Below are positions 31,885-36,166 of a DNA stretch of 36,166 bases, piece by piece. The stretch spans positions 1-36,166 of the IMG/VR virus record IMGVR_UViG_3300045988_053152. One strand, given 5' to 3'. Source of the DNA: a virus. The position numbers and the translations under genes were made by a program. Within the stretch, counting starts at the first letter, position 1. Each line of letters begins with the position of its first letter. A model generated the notes under the pieces. The model was given only the letters and a program-made list of their open reading frames with translations, did not search any database and had not been told where the DNA came from.

Positions 31885-33876
31885 TTAATCTTTTTTGTAA
31901 TAATTACTTATAAATCCTTCCGCGTTCAACGGAATGCCGAACGGTTCGGCCCACGCGGGCGTACTCGCCATAGCCTGGCAAATCTCCTTGAGTGTTACAA
32001 CGGGCTCCCCAAAATCATCTACGGGCACCTCGTTAACCACCTCGTCATGGATATGCCCCACTATATCAGCCTCGGGATATCGGGCGCGAATAGTCTGCAT
32101 ACCGTACACTAGTATATCACGGCTCACTGCCTGCGTTAGGTTCTCGGCTAGCTTTCCGCCGTATGTGTCGAGTTCCGACCATTTGCCCGTTAAATCGGTG
32201 CCCATGTACGTAATAACGCTACGTTCACGGCCCTTGATACTCTTGGTCTTTATTTTGCATTCCGGGTAAAACAGGCGGCGGCCGGACGGCAACAGGATAG
32301 CAAGTGAACTGTTTTCTTCAAACCATTCGAAACGGCACACCCATACACCGTACTGTATTACATCTACGCGGGCTTTGTTGCGTATGCATAGCTTCGCTTT
32401 ACTTTCAAGAACCTCCCAAAATTCCACGATACGCGGCGACGCGTCCCGCCAGCGTAATATGATATCCTTGTACAGAGCCGGGTCTATTGACTTTTCGTAG
32501 TCCATTGTTTCCATGGCGCCGACCCAACCACCGTACCCTAGAGCTAGCTCCGTTACCTTTCCTTGCTGCCTGTAATGTGTCCCTTTCCCACATTGTTCCT
32601 CGGGTAGGCTAAATGTACGGCTAGCGGATACTACGTATATATCTTTCCCGTTCCGGAACGCGTCCAAACGCCATTCTTCACGGGCCAGGCCCGCCAATAC
32701 GCGCGCCTCAATTGCGCTATAATCGGCTACTACGAATACCTTTCCTTCGTCCGCTATAAATGCGGTACGGATAAGTTGCGAAAGCATCCCGGGGGCGTCG
32801 CCCCAAAATAATTCAAACGTAGCTAAATCAACATTTTTAGCGTCTTCACGGCACGAGTCCAACTCGTGGATATAGTTACGCGGTAAGTTCTGCATCTGCA
32901 CCAGGCGGCCCGCAAAACGGCCCGTCCGGCCTGCTCCATAATAGCGGTACAATCCGTGTACACGCCCGTCCGGGCATACACAGTTAAGCATAGCGGTATA
33001 TTTCGCATTGCTCGTCTTATTAATGATTTTGCGGGACTCTAGCACCTCGGTTACCTGGCTGTCGTTGCACGCTGCTATAATACCGTCGATATCTTCTTTC
33101 CTGAAAGAATCAAATGTTATTCCGGAACGGGCAAAACAAAATTCTTGCAATCGCTTGGTTGACTTCAAAGATGAGATGTTATACAGGTCCTTAATATGGT
33201 TTTTCAGGCCCTCGCAAAAATCGTTGTTGAGGTTTTCGGCATTCGTGGCTAGTCCTACATCCACCTTTATCCCGGTATCATTAATGTATTGGTCCAGGGC
33301 GTAAACTTCGCGTTCCGAGTCCGGAAACATACAGTACTCTAGTCTGTGGTACGCTTCGCGTTCGGAAAGTACGTCATAACGGAGATAGTCCTTAAATTCC
33401 TCAGCCTTCTCCGGGTAATCCTTCATGTAGTTACGGTACACACCGTCTTTTTTGCTCTGTTGGGGAATGCTGAAAAACTTTATCAGCGCTAGCCCGGTGC
33501 CCTTCTTTCCTTCTTTGAGGTTAAGCGCTGCCGACAGCATTTTAAGCGATTCCGGAAACCCTGCATATAGCGCCAGGGACGCGGTGCATAAAAATCTATC
33601 TGCGGGAATATCAATGCCGTAGGCCTTCAGGCACAATCTTTCGAATTGCGCATTGTGCGATACTATTGTATATTGGGCGTCCTCCATTAGGGATATGAAT
33701 TTCTGCCACCCATTTCTATCTTCCGCAACATCAACTATAACTACATCACTATCCCCAACCGCGTAACCGACCAAAAGTATTTCAAAGTCAAACGACATCG
33801 TATATCTATACGCGCCGCCCGCCTTAATATCCTCGCTCGAAAAAGTTTCGAAGTCTATGAAAATTGGGATAATCAT
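31885..33876 (-). CDS. Family A DNA polymerase with a 3'-5' exonuclease domain
   Basis: 663 aa with ExoI IFIDFETFS, motif A VADYSAIEARVLA, motif B RQQGKVTELALGYGG and motif C GHIHDEVV. Confidence 0.9.
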   Translation of the reverse strand: MIIPIFIDFETFSSEDIKAGGAYRYTMSFDFEILLVGYAVGDSDVVIVDVAEDRNGWQKFISLMEDAQYTIVSHNAQFERLCLKAYGIDIPADRFLCTASLALYAGFPESLKMLSAALNLKEGKKGTGLALIKFFSIPQQSKKDGVYRNYMKDYPEKAEEFKDYLRYDVLSEREAYHRLEYCMFPDSEREVYALDQYINDTGIKVDVGLATNAENLNNDFCEGLKNHIKDLYNISSLKSTKRLQEFCFARSGITFDSFRKEDIDGIIAACNDSQVTEVLESRKIINKTSNAKYTAMLNCVCPDGRVHGLYRYYGAGRTGRFAGRLVQMQNLPRNYIHELDSCREDAKNVDLATFELFWGDAPGMLSQLIRTAFIADEGKVFVVADYSAIEARVLAGLAREEWRLDAFRNGKDIYVVSASRTFSLPEEQCGKGTHYRQQGKVTELALGYGGWVGAMETMDYEKSIDPALYKDIILRWRDASPRIVEFWEVLESKAKLCIRNKARVDVIQYGVWVCRFEWFEENSSLAILLPSGRRLFYPECKIKTKSIKGRERSVITYMGTDLTGKWSELDTYGGKLAENLTQAVSRDILVYGMQTIRARYPEADIVGHIHDEVVNEVPVDDFGEPVVTLKEICQAMASTPAWAEPFGIPLNAEGFISNYYKKD

Positions 33877-33894
33877 TTTTCTGTTTTTTAGGGG

Positions 33895-33933
33895 TTAAAA
33901 AATAAGGCCCACCCGCTTCTACTCGGGCGGACC
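33895..33933 (-). terminator. Intrinsic terminator/attenuator after the SSB gene
   Basis: Minus-strand RNA GGUCCGCCCG-AGUAGAAG-CGGGUGGGCC (10-bp stem, 2 G-U pairs), followed by UUAUUUUUU. It lies only ~20 nt before the polymerase ATG. Confidence 0.6.
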
Positions 33934-33997
33934 TCGCACATTTGTTATAAAATAAAATCGGTTAATAAAAAATTATTTAATAAACTCTGTAAAAATG

Positions 33998-34561
33998 TTA
34001 TTCGAAATCACTCAATCCGTTATCACTTCCTCCTTCATCGTCGAAGTCGTTAACGCTTGCACCTCCGTCTAATCGGTCGTCGTCTACAACTTTTTGTATC
34101 CCGTTGAGTCCAACGCCGACCCCGCAACTGTTGGCGGATTTAAAGTACGAAAACAAACTTAGTGATGCGGTTCCCCATGAACCCGAATACATATCTTCTT
34201 TATCCGTTATCGGCTGTTTATGCTTGTCGATAACAATAGGTTTTCCGTTCTTCTCCTGTCTCTTGGCGTTAAGTACAAACATACCTTCATACCCTTCGTC
34301 GCCTTTCTTATCGCCGTCCGTTAGCGGGTTTCTCCAATCTTCCGGAAGGTTCCCCTTGAATTTCGGGTTGCTTGCCAAAAATTCATCTGCAAGTTCCTTG
34401 AGTGCTCTCTTAATCTCGTTAACCTGCAATGTGTCGGTTTTCGGGATAAGTACTGATACACTGTAATAGTTGGTATTCCCGTCCATGATAGGCGCGGCTT
34501 CGAATACTCTTACATAGGAAAATCTCACATTTTTTAGAATCAATTTCTTACTCTTACTCAT
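33998..34561 (-). CDS. ssb: Single-stranded DNA-binding protein (DUF2815-like phage SSB)
   Basis: 187 aa. It sits between the Cas4-like nuclease and the polymerase, as in known DUF2800/DUF2815 modules. It has a Gly/Asp-rich acidic C-terminal tail ending in GLSDFE. Confidence 0.65.
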   Translation of the reverse strand: MSKSKKLILKNVRFSYVRVFEAAPIMDGNTNYYSVSVLIPKTDTLQVNEIKRALKELADEFLASNPKFKGNLPEDWRNPLTDGDKKGDEGYEGMFVLNAKRQEKNGKPIVIDKHKQPITDKEDMYSGSWGTASLSLFSYFKSANSCGVGVGLNGIQKVVDDDRLDGGASVNDFDDEGGSDNGLSDFE

Positions 34562-34595
34562 AATTTTTAAATTTTAATTGGTTTTTAATTCGACT

Positions 34596-34603
34596 CAAAG
34601 ATA
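34596..34603 (-). promoter_or_regulatory. Candidate internal promoter P4 for ssb, -7 box TATCTTTG
   Basis: The reverse complement of caaagata, 34 nt upstream of the ssb ATG. An imperfect -33 (TTGTG) lies 18 nt upstream. Confidence 0.45.
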
Positions 34604-34651
34604 TGGTTTTATTTTTATATCTCACAATCCTTTTACTTATTTTAATATTTG

Positions 34652-35824
34652 TTAGCTTTCGATGTCGAAATCGCTTAGGGCGTTAATCTCGTCCCCTGGC
34701 GCGCTATCCGGAACTAACTTAGGTTTGCCCGGTTTGGACTGAACGTACTGTCCGTACTTGGCGGAAAACACTTTCTTTCCCACCAATTTTTCCAAGTCTC
34801 CGATACCTTTCAGCTTGATGTTAAATACCTCGTCTTCCAGGTATTCCCGTAACAGGTCTTGCCGTATCGGTTCCTCATCCGTTATCACCCTGCTAGACCT
34901 TCCCGCTACCAGCTTGTACCCGTTCCACTTGTGGCCCCTTAGCGCCTCATCGTACACGTACTTGTTAACGCTTTCCAGCCAGCTCTTATAGCTGTCTATC
35001 TTACCGATAAGGTCGGTTATTTCCTCCTGTGTCAGTAGTTCCGGGTATTCGTACCGTTCGAAGTCCTGCATAACGTTTTCGTACTGTTTCCGGCATTGCG
35101 CCTTTACAGGGCAAAAGCCGCACCAATCACCTACCTTTTGCTCGCCTTCCCCGGCGAAAGCCCTCTTAGCTACAGGTTTTAGCACCTTATTAGCCCACTG
35201 CGTCAGGTCATTAACGGAGATTTCCCATGTATCGAAATGATGTAACCGTACTTGTGCAATGACCATTTTAACCTTCGTTATAGAGGGCTTTTTCTTAAGT
35301 GCTCCAAGCGCATACAACATCATCTGAGTATTGTTTTCCGCCTTCACCCTAACGCCTTCGCCGTACTTCAAATCGATAATTTCCAGGGTATCGTGTCCGA
35401 CTAATTGGCAGTCCACCGACCCGAAGCAGTCCGGCGCATATTCGGAAATGTCTACCCGCTCCTCTAGCAGCATCGCACACGCTCCGCCTGACTTTTCAAG
35501 GTTGTAGTTTTCATTCATCACGAAATCGCAGTAACTGCGGGCGTGCTTGAACATTTCGGGCTTGAATAGTGGGTGCATCAAGTGGTCGTCCTTAAGTGTC
35601 GGCAATTCTTCGCCGAACGGGTCCGGTTCCCATACACCCGCATTCCATTGGGCCAGGCAGTACTCGCAAATCTCGTGGAATAGGGTGCCTTCTTCAGCAT
35701 ACACGCTCGTTCCGTTTTCCACTTTTTCCGCTAGCCGGGCCGAGGGTGGACAATTCATCCAGCGGCCCGAGGAGCTAGGGGATAGTAAAGCGTGGTCCCT
35801 ATCTTTATGGTTTTGCGTCATCAT
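34652..35824 (-). CDS. PD-(D/E)XK Cas4-like exonuclease (DUF2800-like) with a 4-Cys cluster
   Basis: 390 aa. VDCQLV...LEIIDLKYG supplies D...(D/E)xK. An N-terminal Cys (MNCPPS) plus the C-terminal CGFCPVKAQC fit the Cas4/AddB Fe-S arrangement. Confidence 0.75.
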   Translation of the reverse strand: MMTQNHKDRDHALLSPSSSGRWMNCPPSARLAEKVENGTSVYAEEGTLFHEICEYCLAQWNAGVWEPDPFGEELPTLKDDHLMHPLFKPEMFKHARSYCDFVMNENYNLEKSGGACAMLLEERVDISEYAPDCFGSVDCQLVGHDTLEIIDLKYGEGVRVKAENNTQMMLYALGALKKKPSITKVKMVIAQVRLHHFDTWEISVNDLTQWANKVLKPVAKRAFAGEGEQKVGDWCGFCPVKAQCRKQYENVMQDFERYEYPELLTQEEITDLIGKIDSYKSWLESVNKYVYDEALRGHKWNGYKLVAGRSSRVITDEEPIRQDLLREYLEDEVFNIKLKGIGDLEKLVGKKVFSAKYGQYVQSKPGKPKLVPDSAPGDEINALSDFDIES

Positions 35825-36166
35825 AGGTTTTCCTCAATGTACTTGATAAAGTCGGCGAAATTCTCGGGTGCCAGGGTCGGGAAAGACGATGCCCCGACAT
35901 AGCCGAACGCGTCTTTGACAACCTCCCTACGGCCCTTGTTTAGCGCTTTCATGGCTACGGCCTTAGCCTCTTCCATAGTGTACGTTACCGGTTCCTTAGC
36001 TTGTTCCGGTTCCTTTACGGGTTCCTTAGCTTGTTCCGGTTCCTTTACGGGTTCCTTAGCTTGTTCCACTTCCTTAGGTTGTTCCGGTTCCTTAGGTTGT
36101 TCCGGTTCTGTCTTTACTTCCGGCGCGGCTTTCGTTCTACGTCCGGCGGGTTTTTTAGGTTCTTCC
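35821..36166 (-). CDS. C-terminal part of the junction-spanning CDS (see 1..309)
   Basis: The frame stays open from the window end down to the stop at 35821. The track start at 36069 is an internal GTG. Repeats are TEPEQPKEPEQPKE and (EQAKEPVKEP)x2.5, followed by a ~55-aa C-terminal domain. Confidence 0.7.
   Translation of the reverse strand, partial: EEPKKPAGRRTKAAPEVKTEPEQPKEPEQPKEVEQAKEPVKEPEQAKEPVKEPEQAKEPVTYTMEEAKAVAMKALNKGRREVVKDAFGYVGASSFPTLAPENFADFIKYIEENL
35991..36108. repeat. In-frame tandem repeats: 30 nt x ~2.5, then 18 nt x 2
   Basis: gttccttagcttgttccggttcctttacgg at 35991 and 36021, with a partial copy at 36051. ttccttaggttgttccgg at ~36070 and ~36088. Confidence 0.9.
36112..36166. 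repeat. Terminal 55-bp sequence identical to 1-55
   Basis: See feature 1-55. Confidence 0.95.

Noticed and set aside
77-36166. All plus-strand ORFs in the track, for example 77..421, 6270..6680, 9482..10066 (194 aa), 13159..13692, 17834..18328, 18392..18850 and 31018..31545.
   Set aside because: Every one lies antisense inside a longer minus-strand gene that has recognisable motifs or tight operon packing. Their products are low-complexity (Ser/Ala/Cys/Arg-rich), as expected for shadow frames of a purine-rich coding strand. None has an upstream TAnnTTTG box or leader cassette.
1-36166. Stop-codon reassignment (TAG or TGA recoding), as seen in some Bacteroidota-infecting phages.
   Set aside because: Under the standard code, long uninterrupted ORFs with intact conserved motifs cover nearly the whole minus strand, including the late genes. 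There is no region of fragmented ORFs that recoding would heal.

Overview
The window is a complete, circularly closed dsDNA tailed-phage genome. The first 55 bp are identical to the last 55 bp, leaving about 36.1 kb of unique sequence, and one gene reads in frame across the join. Every credible gene is on the minus strand; the plus-strand ORFs in the track are antisense shadows.

There are two unidirectional modules:
- Early replication/accessory module, running 802->1 and wrapping to 36111->20506. It encodes an HTH protein, a Cas4-like PD-(D/E)XK nuclease, an SSB, a family A DNA polymerase, an AEP-primase/SF3-helicase, a VRR-NUC nuclease, an SNF2 helicase, an orphan C5-cytosine methyltransferase and about 25 small ORFs of unknown function.
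- Late module, running 19708->1452. It encodes TerS, TerL, tail and tape-measure-like proteins, a protease/scaffold-like protein, the major capsid protein, three tandem paralogs, a probable portal and a holin/M15 endolysin/spanin-like lysis cassette.

The host is probably a member of the Bacteroidota. Intergenic regions carry minus-strand TAnnTTTG -7 boxes with TTTG -33 boxes 18 nt upstream, and start codons have A/T-rich leaders with no Shine-Dalgarno sequence. No integrase, repressor, tRNA, CRISPR array or reverse transcriptase was seen.

The most unusual content is noncoding. The two module boundaries (803-1451 and 19709-20505) each carry a diverged direct copy of a block-conserved ~300-400 bp module with TGTCACA boxes, tandem ATCTATGAC iterons, an AT-rich variable core and conserved spacing. 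The second boundary also holds a 300-bp cluster of motifs that recur upstream of three near-identical early promoters, including a ~24-bp-stem inverted repeat.

Other points of interest are a 26-nt gene-junction cassette, several intragenomic paralog families and an unorthodox late-gene order. All functional calls rest on motifs read by eye and on gene context. No homology search was run, so functions are provisional.
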